Below the pieces are notes generated by a model. The model had not been told where the DNA came from. It saw only the letters and a program-made list of their open reading frames with translations, and searched no databases. A program made the position numbers and the translations under genes. A stretch of 64,000 bases of DNA from Octopus vulgaris (Eukaryota), in NCBI GenBank assembly GCA_951406725.2, contig OX597831.1, forward strand, positions 41,540,001-41,604,000, written 5' to 3'. Numbering within the stretch: the stretch's first letter is position 1; each line of letters opens with the position of its first letter. Of this stretch, positions 41,850 to 56,281 are shown piece after piece.

Positions 41850-43945
41850 TGTAATAAAAGGAATTCTGTACAATCTTCGTTCAACTCCATTTCTTCCATT
41901 CACTAATTATATTAAACTTCAATTATCCGCGCCAACGCACGGTTGCAACACCATATGGTCATATCTCCAACCGTGTTTTTTCTGCTGTGATTTTTGCTAC
42001 CCAGGTATCGGTTAAACTTTTGAGTAGTCCGTAACAAGATTATTCATCTTTCCATTTCAACAAATATATATATATATATATATTAAATATATATATATGT
42101 ATGTATATACAATGTGTGTATATATATATATGTATGTATATATATATATAATTATAATTATTTTCAAGATCCAATAGAATCAAGGCATTTTAATAAAAAG
42201 ACACCAGGGTAGAGTCAAGGACAGCATTTCTGAGTATCAACAGTGTGTATGGACTCACATGTATTTATTAAAACATACACAGACTCGTCCTTCCAGTTAT
42301 GCATATATCCACAAGAACAGGCTAAATACACTCGGTGTATACATAAAATCTATAGGTGAGCATCATTAACTGAAAAGTTTAACTTCATTAACCATTATTC
42401 TGTTAACCAAAAAGTTAATTCTGATAACCATTCATCAGTTAATTCTTTAAAAATGTAATGGAAGTTATTGATAAACCATTAACATTAATTTTTGTTATAG
42501 AAAAAACAACAAAAGGTCAGTTTTTGCTTTAAAACCACTTAAAAATGCCTTTAAAACATGCCAAACAATAAAATACATTAACTTCAATTCAGTTGAAGTT
42601 AATGGACGTTAACTCAAGTTAACTTGAAGTTAAATGTAATGGAAGTTGACAAGTCCAATAATGATTTCCAAAGTTAACTTAAAAGTTAAATCATTAATGG
42701 CTCGTGAGCTGAAACTAAATGAAAAAAAAAAAAAAATTAACTTCATTAATTAACGATTAATGGTTTGGTGCCTAGGTTTAATAAAATCACACAGTTTATA
42801 CTCTGATTTGCAGTCATTGGTCCACTGCAGACTGAAGATCCAATGCAGGCAGGGTCGGATTTATAGGGGGTTAAAGAATGCAATTGCCCTGGGTATCCAA
42901 CAGATATAACACCCTCCTGCTATGAAGGGTATGTAGCACTCAATATAGGGATGGGGCCCACCTCTCAGCAATCTTGCATGCAAAGGCTCTCTTTCAATAA
43001 ACAAACATATCCTAAAAAAATGTAATGGGCCCTCTTTTTTTTAATAAATAACCAGTTTTAACTACATTAGTGAATCAATTCATTCAATTAAAAAACACTT
43101 TGCTACCCATTTCTGAAGCAGCTGCAACTCATATGGGAATTAATTGTTATTAAAACACACCAAAAAGTGTATGTATGTATCTGTGAGTGTGTGTTTGTGT
43201 TTGTATGTGAGTATGATTGCATATAAAGAGTTTGATAGAAAGAAGTTACTTATGGTCTCTAGTTCAGATTTCTTCTTTCAATGCATGACTGAGCACAGCG
43301 ACCCTGGATGGACCACTGGCCATTAAACACACACATGCGTGCGCACGCGCGCGCACACACACACACACAAATATGCACACACACATTCTTTTCTACTCTA
43401 GGCACAAGACCCAAAATTTTTGGGGAGGGGGCCAGTCGATCTCATCGACACCCGTATGCAACCGGTACTTAATTTATTGATTCCGAAAGGATGAAAGGCA
43501 AGGTTGACTTCAGTGGAATTTGAACTCAGAACGTAAAGGCAAATGAAATACCACTTAGCATTTTGCCCAGCATGCTAACGTTTCTGCCTGCTCACCAGCT
43601 TTGCACATATATATATTTCCATTGTAAACTTCATTATTTCAGTGAAGCATTGAAAACTGGTCTTATTTTACAAAAGAGCATGTAATACGTTCCAAAATTC
43701 AAGTTTTGAATTTAGTTTTAATTATAAAATTACATCTCTTAACAGCTGAAAGCATTTTTTTTTCAGCTTTAGAATTATTGATTTTATGCTCACATGCTTT
43801 CTTTCTTATTTACATTATTTACATTTGACTGATATTTGTCCTCATCTTGTTTGTTGTTAACACTATGTTTCAGCTGATATACCCTCCAGCCTTTTAAACC
43901 TGGGTTCTCATTCCTAAGGTATTTTTCCATGTTATAATAATGATG

Positions 43946-44018
<73 letters not shown>

Positions 44019-44081
44019 CAACAACAACAATATGGAAAAAAAACCTTAGGAATGAGAACCCAGGTTTGAAATTTCCCCAAG

Positions 44082-44121
44082 TCACCTGATGAAGGCTGGA
44101 GGGTATATCAGCTGAAACATG
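44082..44121 (+). ncRNA. Hammerhead motif, 3' end truncated; partial inverted copy at about 43858-43893
   Basis: cac-CTGATGA-aGGCTGG agggtata TCAGCT-GAAAC. The inverted copy supplies GAAAC-ata-gtgt, the stem I partner. Confidence 0.55.
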
Positions 44122-44823
44122 TTGAGGGGTTTTTGTCTTGCAAGGTGACCCTGTGAGCATTGGTGCCACATAAAAAGCACTGGTGCTGGTGCCATGTAAA
44201 AAGTACCACTAATGGTACTACATGAAAAGCACTGGTACCATGTAAAAAGTACCATTAATGGTGCCACATAAAAAGCACTGGTGCTGGTGTCATGTAAAAA
44301 TCACCCAATGCACTCTATAAAATAGTTGGCGTTAGGAAGGGCATCCAGATGTAGAAACAACATCAAAACAGACAATGGAGCCTGGTGTGGCTCCTGGCCT
44401 TGCTGGCATCTGCCAAGCTGTCCCACATGAATAACGGGTGGCAAATGAAAACGATGATGAAGATGATGATGCTGATGATGATGATGATGACGACGACGAC
44501 GATGATGGTGATGATACATTTATGTATGTATATATATATGTGCATGCATACGTGTGTGTGTATGTGTGTGTAGTTTGGTTCAAAATTTCTACTACTGTTG
44601 CAGTAGTTGAAAATTGTTCACCTCTTTCTTTAGTTTTCTGGTATTTGAAGTAAACACTTGGATATTTAAAATACCTTATCAGGTCAAAGAACCAGGAAGG
44701 GAATGTCTACGGTGGTGGTGGTGGTGGTGGTGGTGGTGGTGGTGGCAGGGGTGGGGGTAGGATGTTTTTTTTGCCAGTATTGTATTACAGTGAACCATTC
44801 CTAATGATTATAATTTATAGAAA

Positions 44824-44877
<54 letters not shown>

Positions 44878-45084
44878 CTCACACACACACACATGCACTC
44901 ACACTCATACAAACATATACATATGCTCACACATGTACATACATATATACAAATACACGTGTGTGTGCATATACATGTACAGACACACACACACATACAC
45001 TCACACGCACAAACACTCATACAAATATTATATATATGCTCACACATGTACATATATACAAATACATGTGTGTGCATATAATGT

Positions 45085-45120
<36 letters not shown>

Positions 45121-45544
45121 GCATGTATGTATATGCATACATATGTGTGTATGTATGTGTGTGTATATATATATATGTATGTATGTAAATGCGTGTATAT
45201 ATACATACATACATACATATATATACATACATACATACATACATACATACATACACACATACATACATATATACATACATACACACATGCACACACATAT
45301 ACATATATACATACATACATATATATGTTCATACTCACAAGCACACATATATTGTGTAACCAGATTGCTTGATATTTTACGTATCTTCGGTTACCTTCAT
45401 ATGCATCTAATTAAGTTAATTTGGGAAATTATGGTAATTCTGTACTTTTATAAAAGCAATAATTTTCTTTTGGAATTTCCTTCTACTATCTGTAGTTGCT
45501 GGCAATGAATCATGTGTGTGTGTATGTGTATACATACATGCATA

Positions 45545-45610
<66 letters not shown>

Positions 45611-46016
45611 GACACACAAACACATATATATACACACATACATTTATATGTGTATATACATATCTATATCTGTATCTCTTTCTATCTATCTATCTATCTA
45701 TCTATCTCTACACATATATACATACTGTATATGCATAGACAATGATTTACACACACACATATATGCTCACACCTACATACATACATACACATACATACAT
45801 ACATACACACACACATACATACATACATACATACATACATAGGCGCAGGAGTGGCTGTGTGGTAAGTGGCTTGCTAACCAGCCACATGGTTCTGGGTTCA
45901 GTCCCACTGCGTGGCATCTTGGGCAAGTGTCTTCTGCTATAGCCTCGGGCCAACCAAAGCCTTGTGAGTGGATTTGGTAGACAGAAACTGAAAGAAGCCT
46001 GTCGTATATATGTATA

Positions 46017-46970
46017 AGAATAGCCTGGGCAAAGTTTAGCGAGCTCTTACCTCTGCTGGTGACTAAAGGCCTCTCGCTCAGAGTAAAAGGCAGACTGTAT
46101 GATGCATGTGTATGAACAGCCATGCTACATGGCAGTGAAACATGGGCCATGACTGCTGAGGACATGCGTAAGCTCGCGAGAAATGAAGCCAGTATGCTCC
46201 GATGGATGTGTAATGTCAGTGTGCATGCTTGACAGAGCGTTAGTACCCTGAGAGAAATGTTGGACCTAAGGAGCATCAGTTGTGGTGTGCAAGAGAGACG
46301 ATTGCGCTGGTATGGTCATGTGGCGAGAATGGATGAAGATAGGTGTGTGAAAAAGTGTCAATCCCTAGCAGTGGAGAGAACCCGTGGAAGAGGTAGACCC
46401 AGGAAAACTTGGGACGAGGTGGTAAAGCATGACCTTCGAACTTTAGGTCTCACTGAGGAAATGACCAGCGACCGAGACCATTGGAAATATGCTGTGCGTG
46501 AAAAGACCAGCCCACTTATGCATACCTTTCCACCCTTGGACACACAAAGACCTGTTGAGGCAAGCGAAGTCGATATCGAACCTCATCCGACGACAGGCAC
46601 CTATGCCCTTTGCTTGCAAAGACCTGTTGGGGCAAGTGAAATCGAAATCGAAATCGGAATCGAAATTGAACCAATCCTATGACTGGCACCCGGCAGATGC
46701 CAGGACCCCTGGACTGGAGATACATAAAAAGCACTATCCGAATCATGCCCGATGCCAGCCTCGCCTGGCTCCAGTGCAGGTGGCACGTAAAAAGCACCCA
46801 CTATACTCACGGAGTGGTTGGCGTTAGGAAGGGCATCCAGCTGTAGAAACATTGCCAGATAAGACCGGAGCCTGGTGCAGCCTTCTGGCTTCCCAGATCC
46901 CCGGTCGAACCGTCCAACCCATGCTAGCATGGAGAACGGACGTTAAACGATGATGATGATGATGATGATG
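46017..46970 (+). mobile_element. 5'-truncated RTE-clade LINE (RT C-terminus plus 3' UTR ending in (GAT)n), nested in a SINE
   Basis: Translation includes LHGSETWAMT...MLRWMCNVS...RRLRWYGHVARMDEDR...RGRGRPRKTW. The tail ggacgttaaacgatgatgat recurs in the window. Confidence 0.9.
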
Positions 46971-48445
46971 TATGTGTGTGTATATGTTTGTGTGTCTGTG
47001 TTTGTCCCATCCTACATCGCTTGACAACCGATGCTGGTGTGTTTACGTCCCCGTCACTTAGCGGTTTGGCAAAAGAGACTGATAGAATAAGTACTGGGCT
47101 TACAAAGAATAAGTCCCGGGGTCGATTTGCTCGACTAAAGGCGGTGCTCCAGCATGGCTGCTGTCAAATGACTGAAACAAGTAAAAGAGTAATGAGTATA
47201 CATACATACATGCATACATATATACATGCATATAACATATATACATACATATACACATAAACACACACAAACGCACACACATAAAAAGCACCATCTGAAC
47301 GTGGCCAATTCCAGCGCCCACAGACTGGTTCCCATGCCGGAGGCATGCAAAATTGTTGCAGACATGACTATGTGGTTAAGAAGTTTGTTTTGCTACCATG
47401 TAGCTTTGAGATTTGGGTTCAGTCCCGCTGTATTTGTGTTCAGTCTTGGCAAGTGTCTTCTACTATAGCCTTGTGAGTGAAATTGGTAGAAGGAAATTAT
47501 ATAGAAGCCTGTTTTATGTGTGTGTGTGTATGTATGTATATTTTGGTGTTTGTATTTCTCCACACACACACACACACACATACACATATAATGATTGGTA
47601 ACCAGTGTTGGTTTGTTTACATCCTTGTAACTTAGCCTTTTGGCAAAAGTGACTGACCGACTAAAAATATGAGCTGGTATTGATTTGTTCAACTAAACTC
47701 TTCAAAGCAACATCCCAGCATGGCCACAGACTGAAACCAGTAGAAGATAAAAGATATACTGTATTTGATGACATATAAAATTCCCTTTATGCAATGTTGA
47801 GCTTCTCATAAGCTTAATTTTATTTCTAATACTCACTACTATAAGTTAATTTTAATCCAGATTGTTTTTTCTGCTTAGCTTCAAAATAATATTTACTTAA
47901 AAATTGTTATTATTATTTGTACTATATAAAAAAAACTAGCAGTAAGACCTGTCATTGATCGGGTAATTACTCTTTCTTTTACTCTTTCTTGGGAGCCACA
48001 TTCAGAGTGTTATTATATACATAAATTTACTCCTCCTGTATGTTTGTATTTTATAAGAGAAAATAATTGAAGTAGAAAAAAGATCAATTTCATACATGAA
48101 CTTCTGTTTGTTTATTATATGACAATAATAAGTGAGTTGTATGTGTTATTTTATATAGCAATACAGTAATGGCAATTATATAATACACAAGGCTTTGGTT
48201 GGCATGGAGCTGTAAAATGAAAGAGAATTGCTCAATGTGCCACACAGTGGGTCTGAATCCAAGGCAACGTGGTTGGAAAGCAAGCTTCTCAACCACACAG
48301 CTACGCCTATAAAGGAGAGACACATTTTGGATAATATACCCCTTGGTACAATATGCTTAACAAAAAGATGGGATGTTTACAGTGAGACGACCTTTGATTT
48401 TAATATTTACTCAAGCAACGCAACAACTAACAATGCTATGCCATA

Positions 48446-48925
48446 CAGGGTGTTCCAGAATTAACTGTTTCGATGAAATGGAGCAAATTTTTAAAAAAAG
48501 AACTGACAGATTTTTATGTTTATTACCAAAACAAATAGATTTATAGATCTTACATCAAACTTTTATTGAAAATTTCCAACATGTCTGTATCCCTGCATAC
48601 TTCATATCTCTCCTTAGCATTATGAAACACATTTAGAGGCAGTTCAGGAGTTAGCTTCTGTAACGCTGAATGTGTTCTTTTAAGCTCAGCTACATGATTG
48701 CTCCATCATGGGGATGGAAGTAAAGAAAATGATTGTTACCAAATTGAGAAAAAGCTGTCACGGACAAATAAGAGGGGTCCAACAGGAATGAAAATAAAAT
48801 TATAAACAAAATTCAAAATTTATACACATTTTAATATATATCAAACATAATAAACATAAATAAAAGTGAGTTTTAAAAAATGCATCTGATTTCACTCAAA
48901 TCATCATTTATTTTGGGACAACCTG
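48446..48925. mobile_element. Tc1/mariner-type MITE
   Basis: TA|cagggtgttccagaa ... ttttgggacaacctg|TA imperfect TIRs with a non-coding interior. Confidence 0.65.
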
Positions 48926-51098
48926 TATTTACTCGTCTGACTAAATGGGGGAGGGAACACGTGGGTGGGGAACTAATTGCAGGTGGTGAGCATAGCTTCC
49001 AGAAGTGGGCATGCAGTCAAACTTAAGTGGCTGTGAGTTACAACAGCAGTTTGTTTTTTCTATGAACATTTTGCATTACATAGTTCAGACATGGATGACA
49101 TAGAAAGCAGACATGCTGCCAGGCCATGCTGCGTTGCACAGGATGGTAATGTGAAACATCAATTGGGCACTTCTGGAGAATGGATGAATGGGTTTGCTGT
49201 ACCTTTACCCAGCTGCACACCCATGCACATGACCTAGTGGTGTGTGAGATGGTAACATCAACAAGGCACTGTCAAACATTTTAATGTTCTTCTCATTTCC
49301 TCTGCCAAATTGGACAAAAAAGTTTTCATGAAATATTATATGTATAATGCATAAGTAGTGTCAATATTTTATCATCATAAAATGACCTAAAACAAAGATA
49401 AAACCTAGTGCAGTATACTCAAATCTAATTAATCCACAATTTTGAGGACCCATAGTCGGTGTTAGAAATTTTTTTTAGTCAGCAGCAATTCGAGGAATCT
49501 GATTAATGTTTGTTGCAAATTTGGAGGAAAGCAACTGGATACTCTTCAATGTGAAAATGCTTAAAAAATGCAGTTTACCTGCTCCTGGCCTGCATTAGGC
49601 AAGAAGTCAAAAATTTTTTTCACTCATGAAACTCCATGGACCCTATGTAATGCATGTATAAAATTGGATGGGTGAGTCTTGAGTTTTAATGACATGACAA
49701 AGACACAGACAGACACACATCCTGTTTTATATGTATAGATTATCATAACAATGGACTGCTCAGTTACTTAGACATTACATACTTTAATACACTAAACACT
49801 TATTTTTCTGAATAGGTACTGCTGAAATTGGGGTATTGTGATATGCCAGTGTGCCTTTTTAGGCCATCAAATATACTACATGCATATGTAGATTCATACA
49901 TACATAACAACGAATACACATGCAAACATATAATATATGACACTATGATGGTAGTCTCGTGTAGTCTGAGAAAGACAGTTCTGTAATTTCTTGCTGAACA
50001 ACTTGGACAAATTATTTGTTTATAGTGATCAAATGTTTGTTATTTCTTTACAGCCCAAAAGGGGCTAAACACAGAGGGGACAAACAAGGAGAGACAAATG
50101 GATTAAGTTGATTATATTGACCCCAGTGTGTAACTGGTACTTATTTAATCGACCTCGAAGGGATGAAAGGCAAAGTCAACCTTGGCGGAATTTGAACTCA
50201 GAATGTAGTGGCAGATGAAATACCTGTTTCTTTACTACCCACAAGGGGCTAAACACAGAGAGGACAAACAAGGACAGACAAACGGATTAAGTCGATTATA
50301 TCAACCCCAGTGCGTAAATGGTACTTAATTTATTGACCCCGAAAGGATGAAAGGCAAAGTCGACCTCGGCGGAATTTAAACTCAGAACGTAGCGGCAGAT
50401 GAAATACCGCTAAGCATTTCGCCTGGTGTGCAAACGTTTCTGCCAGTTCGCAGCCTTAGTGATCAAATGTTCGTGTCATGCATTAACACACTCCCTCCAT
50501 CAAATCAATGTTGACTGAACAGGTGCACATGTATACCACACATTAGGTGTCAAAGTGGTTGCAGAGCAATGTGAAATGAAGTGTTTTGCTTAAGGACACG
50601 ATGCACCACCTGGTGTAGTAACTGAAATCATAAACTTGAGATTAAGAGTGCAACACCTAATTACTAGGATGTACACCCTCACACATTATATGCATACTTA
50701 CATTGCATACATACAAACAAACATGCATACATATACACATGTATACATATATAGATGTGAAGGCACATGGCTCGGTGGTTAGAACATTGGGCTCAAAATC
50801 TGAGGTAGTGAGTTCAATTCCTGGACTATGCTGTGTGTTGTGTTCTTGACCAAGACACTATTTCATGTTGCTCCAGTTCACTCAGCTGTAGAAATGAGTT
50901 GCGATATCACTGGTGCCAAGCAGTATTGGCCTTTGTTTTTTCCCTTGGATAACATAGGTGGCATGGAGAGTGGAGGCTGATATGCATGGGTGACTGCTGG
51001 TCTTCCATAAACAACCTTGCCCAGACTTGTGCCTGAGAGGGTAACTTTCTAAGTGCATCCCATGGTCATTCATGACCAAAGGGAGTCTTTACCCTTTT

Positions 51099-51135
<37 letters not shown>

Positions 51136-51142
51136 TTCATAT

Positions 51143-51694
51143 ATTGTGTTGAGTCAAAAGTTTTACAATATTTTGGTAACTTATTTGCATTATTTGGCAT
51201 GTCACTGCTAAAACAGCATCACATCCAATGTTGAGGCCATCCTGTTGCACTGTCTGAAACCACCTTTCTACCAGTTCTTTGATCCCATGCAGATACCAGT
51301 TTTTGTCCATTGACACAAGGAAACCCTTCACTGAAGCTCCCACCTTCTCTTGGTTGATTAAGTGTTGTGAGGGCACGAAGTGAACCATGGATCATAACAA
51401 GTAATAATCCAAGGGAGCTTGATTTTGACTATACGCTGGATGCGGCACCAGTTTGATTCTCTCAAACTCCTGGATTTTTTTCTGGGTCGTTTGAGCAGTG
51501 TGAGCAGTGTGAGATCTTGCATTATCTTGCTATAGAAGAGCTCACTTTATGCTTGGCAAATACTGAGTATTTTTGTTGCCACGATGACAAATGTTTGCTC
51601 CAGCCAATCAGAGTGCAGGTTACAAGTTTGCTATTGTTGTGAAAGAAATGAAGGAAATGAGATATCAAAACACTGCAAAACTTCTAGCACAATA
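51143..51694 (-). mobile_element. Older, internally deleted mariner-like element
   Basis: The minus-strand remnant GFLVSMDKNWYLHGIKELVERW resembles a mariner transposase C-terminus. Degenerate TIRs tattgtg...aagtttt.ca.t.ttttg at both ends. Confidence 0.7.
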
Positions 51695-51702
51695 TATATC
51701 TA

Positions 51703-52992
51703 CGAGGGGCGTTCAATAAGTAATGCCTCTGACCCACTTGCATTTGTTTGATATAGCTGAAATTTTGCGTGTGCAATTATTTATATCTCTATAGAGTAGG
51801 TGGCAAATTACAGCTTTGAACTAATTGGGGTTTCTGATTTACAGGTGTTTGAACTGAGTCAAGTGTGAAATGGAGCCTGTTGAGTGTCGAGTAGTGATCT
51901 GGTTTTTGTATTTGAAAGGACGCACACCACGGGAGACTTTTGATGAAACGAAAGTAACTCATGGTAATGATTCCCCATCATATGACCTTGTAAAACGCTG
52001 GCATCGTGAATTCAAACATGGTCGGAACTCGGTAGAAACAGCTCCCAGATCTGGTCGCCCCGCTTCTGCAATTGATGAGGCATCTGTCCGTCAAGTTGAG
52101 GCTGCCATTTTGGAAGATCGACGAATAACTATTCGCCAAATAGCCCATGAGGTCAAGATTAGTACCGGGTCTGTGGAAACTATCATTCATGACCATTTGC
52201 ATATGCAAAAGGTGTCTGCCAGATGGATTCCCAGGTTGCTCACGCCTTTCCAGAAGCAAGAACGCATCGAATGCTCGAGGATGAATTTGGAGATGTGCTA
52301 AGAAGATGAGTCAAAATTTTTCAAAAGACTGATTACACAGGATGAAGCCTGGGTCCATCACTATGATCCAGAGACCAAAGCCCAGTCAATGCAGTGGAAG
52401 CACCGTGACTCACCTCCTCCAAAGAAGGCAAAGGTGCAGCCCTCCGCTGGCAAGGTCATGCTCACAGTCTTCTGGGACCAGGACAGAATAGTGATAACAG
52501 ATTCCTGGCAAAGAGTACCACGATTACAGGAGCCTATTATGCTTCACTTTTGAGGAAATTAAGAGAAACTATCAAAATCAAGAGGCGGGGCAAGATCAGC
52601 AAAGACATCCTCCTCCTGCAGGACAACGCTCCGGTCCACAACTCGCTTGTTGCCAGATCAGAAGCACAGGCGTGCGGCTATGAACTCCTCCCCCACCCCC
52701 AACTCTCCTGACCTTGCACCCTCTGATTTTCACCTCTTCCCAGCCATGAAGTTGTTTTTGAAAGGAAAGCGTTTCCCAAATGATGCAGCCTTGATTTCTG
52801 AAGTCACGTCGTGGTTGGCGGACCAAACTGGGGTCTTCTACACAAACGGTCTCCAGAGCAGCATGAAACGATGGGAGAAATGCGTAACTCTGGGTGGTTC
52901 CTATGTAGAGAAAGACTAATAACTGTGCAAAGTTTCGTTGCTCTACTGCTAGGGGAAGTGGGTCAGGGGCATTACTTATTGAACGCCCCTCG
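51703..52992 (+). mobile_element. Full-length mariner (Tc1/mariner, D,D34D-type) DNA transposon, about 1.29 kb
   Basis: TA target duplication at 51701-51702 and 52993-52994. Near-perfect TIRs cgaggggcgttcaataagtaatgcc(t/c)ctgacccactt enclose a transposase. Confidence 0.96.
51870..52919 (+). pseudogene. Disrupted mariner transposase
   Basis: Motifs WIPRLL, ITQDEAWVHHYDPETK, LQDNAPVH and SPDLAPSDFHLF. In-frame TAA at 52299-52301 and downstream frameshifts. Confidence 0.93.
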
Positions 52993-53097
52993 TATATGTC
53001 TATATTATATATATGTGTATGTATGTATGTATGTAGGTATGTAGGTATGTATGTATGTATGTATGTATGTGTGTGTGTATGTACGTACATATATACA

Positions 53098-53132
<35 letters not shown>

Positions 53133-53219
53133 AATATTTGAGGGAATAAAATCCAAAACTTACAAGGAAAAAAATTCAATTTAGAAATACTAAATCAAAT
53201 TTCACGCAATATAATATAT

Positions 53220-53387
53220 ATATAAAAAAAAAGAAAAAAAACACCTTTTAACAATTCAAAATGAACAATTACAATACACCATCTAGAAAATTACATATAA
53301 TAGAACTATTAACATTAAAATAACAATAAAATGTCAATGATTAAGTAAATTAAATAATAATAATAATAATAATAATAAACGTATATA

Positions 53388-53442
<55 letters not shown>

Positions 53443-53620
53443 TATATAAATTTATATATGTTATTATTATTATTATTATTTTGCAATTTACTTAATCATT
53501 GACATTTTATTGTTATTTTAATGTTAATATTTCTATTATATGTAATTTTCTAGATGGTGTAATTTAATTGTTCATTTTGAATTGTTAAAAGGTGTTTTTT
53601 TTCTAATTTTATATATATAT
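53220..53620. repeat. Inverted repeat with (AAT)n spacer; same family as 61047-61270
   Basis: aaaacaccttttaacaattcaaaatgaacaatt...gattaagtaaatt is mirrored at about 53485-53610. Confidence 0.85.
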
Positions 53621-53627
53621 ATATATA

Positions 53628-54020
53628 GGCGCAGGAGTGGCTGTGTGGTAAGTAGCTTGCTAACCAACCACATGGTTCCGGGTTCAGTCCCACTGCGTGG
53701 CATCTTGGGCAAGTGTCTTCTGCTATAGCCCCGGGCTGACCAATGCCTTGTGAGTGGATTTGGTAGACGGAAACTCAAAGAAGCCCGTCGTATGTATATA
53801 TATATATATATGTATGTGTTTGTGTGTCTGTGTTTGTCCCCCTATCATTGCTTGACAACCGATGCTGGTGTGTTTACGTCCCCGTCACTTAGTGGTTCGG
53901 CAAAAGAGACCTATGGAATAAGTACTGGGCTTACAAAGAATAAGTCCTGGGGTTGATTTGCTCGACTAAAGGCGGTGCTCCAGCATGGCCGCAGTCAAAT
54001 GACTGAAACAAGTAAAAAAA
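53628..54020 (+). mobile_element. tRNA-derived SINE family 1 (representative full-length copy)
   Basis: A-box-like tggctgtgtggt, B-box-like ggttcagtccc, internal (TA)/(TG) tract and tail gactgaaacaagtaaaa. Other copies near 2610-2985, 11640-12052, 17125-17537(-), 29350-29762(-), 40420-40680(-), 45842-47190, 47360-47755, 55200-55626(-) and 63764-64000. Confidence 0.9.
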
Positions 54021-54146
54021 TAAAAATAAAAAAAAATATATATAAAATTAATTCAAACAAGAAAACAAAAACAAAAAAGCAACAACGCAAGGACGTGGTA
54101 CAAATAAAGTATTATTGGACGCTCAGGAAAAAAGGGAAGAAGGAGG

Positions 54147-54181
54147 GTTTGGCGTTTCGAGCGGAGCTCTTCGTTGGAAAC
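54147..54181 (-). ncRNA. Degenerate minimal hammerhead
   Basis: Minus strand: GTTT-CcaACGA-aGAGC tcc GCTC-GAAAC-GcC-AAAC. Stems are intact; the core is mutated. Confidence 0.5.
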
Positions 54182-54213
54182 ATAGGAGAAGGAAAGATCC
54201 CGAGAAGGAAGAC

Positions 54214-54295
<82 letters not shown>

Positions 54296-55079
54296 GCACA
54301 TACACTCATACATACACACACACATATATGTACAAACACACACACATGCATATATATACACAGACACACACACACACACACACATTCACATATACATGTA
54401 TGTACATACACACACATGCGCACACAAACACACATATGTATAAGGTCCATCTTCCATGCAAGCATGTGTTTGGATGGTTGGAAAGGATCCGGTGAGCTAG
54501 AGGACCCCCTGTTGAATTCCAGTGTCTGCTTTGACATGGTTTCCTCCTTACAGAATGTGCTGGGTGAATTTTCAGGACAACAGTACTAAACAAAAGGCTA
54601 AGCCACACCCTCAAACACTACAGCTGATCTGGGGGTTTGTTAGGTGGCTTTATGCCAAATGTTGAGACGCTAAAGTACAACTGAGGGACAGGCACAGATG
54701 TCTTACTATAGAAAAAACACTTCTGTACACTTTACAACTTCATATGAATTATAGAAGAGGAACTGGAATGAAGATAAATGCCCTGATTTCTGTGTGTTTG
54801 GCAGTCTGAGCATTTGATGAGGTTACAAGAAGGTGGTTATGAGAGAGAATTTTAACAGAGGATTGGGAAAGGCTGGATAGGTAATTTTATAAGAGTGAGA
54901 GAGGAAATGGAGCACGGAAAATGGATGAGAGTGGGGCAGAAGTGAATGCGGTGAATGAATAATAAAGATGGTTGGAATTATAGTTGATGGTAAATATCAG
55001 TACTTTGGTGTGGGAAGGAGAAAGAAAAAAGAGAAACTCAGAAAGGAGGAGGTGACACACATACACATAGACACACACA

Positions 55080-55142
<63 letters not shown>

Positions 55143-55390
55143 TCTCACATATAAACACATATACACACACATAAACGCACACACACACACACGCGCTTTC
55201 TTTTACTTGTTTCAATCATCAGATTGTGGCCATGCTGGGGCACCACCTTGAGGAATTTTTAGTACTTTTTCTGTTGTTTTCTTTTGCTGAATCACTAAGT
55301 TATTGGGATGTAAACACATGAACAGCAGCTGTCAAGTGGAGTTGGGTGACAAACACAGACATGAAGAGACACAAACATGAAGATATACAT

Positions 55391-55486
<96 letters not shown>

Positions 55487-55674
55487 GTCTACAGAATCCA
55501 CTCACAAGGCTTTGGTTGGCCCAATGCTATGGTAAAAGACACTTGCTCAAGGTATCATGCTGTGGGACTGAACCTGCTGCCATGTAGTTGGGAAGCAATC
55601 TTCTTACCACACAGCTACACCGGCACCGTGTGTATATATATATATATATACATACACGTACACACAGACACACA

Positions 55675-55713
<39 letters not shown>

Positions 55714-56281
55714 GTATATGTATATATATATGATATATATATATATATTATATATACATTATATATATTTGTTATATTATTTATATATATATGTATATCA
55801 AAATAAGTAACAGGATATCCAGAGGTGATGCAGTAAGACCGTTTGAAGCGGTTCCATTTAATTGAACAATGCAATCATTACATCAATTTAAATGCATAAA
55901 TAAATAAATAGAATTTTTTAATCAGTCAGACACATTAATATAATTTTGCTTAAATACTCTAATAGAGCAAGAAGATAGACTAAGTCCATGCTGCCATTAC
56001 TGTAGCTTAGAAAATTCTAGACTTCAGGAAAAGTATGAAAGTTTGTTGGGGTCATAGCTTGTAATGGATTTTGGTTCAGTTTTAATTCATTTGTCTTGTT
56101 TATCAATTACCAAATCTAAGACTCGAGGACTGTGTCTGTTTGGAAAGGGCAGGAGTGAGTTGACAGTACATAGTTGGGTATGGTCATAAATATTGTCGAG
56201 ATTTTTTTGAAGTAGTATAAAATAACTGACTATAAAGGATACAGAACCAGATGCTGCAACAGCGTGGTCTTTATATATATA

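Larger units (their letters stand above)
40890..42060 (+). mobile_element. Penelope-like element 3' remnant (GIY-YIG endonuclease plus pseudo-LTR with hammerhead)
   Basis: Frameshifted remnants LDGKYFQESI, TINAFKTRYNQHTS and SNSKQELVSSCPH match PLE endonuclease C-termini. A hammerhead motif lies at 41770-41849. Confidence 0.7.

Noticed and set aside
49195-49240. Candidate first coding exon of the transporter (minus-strand AWV followed by a gt)
   Set aside because: No DGGWGW-like motif, and it lies within probable repeat sequence. The first exon remains unlocated.
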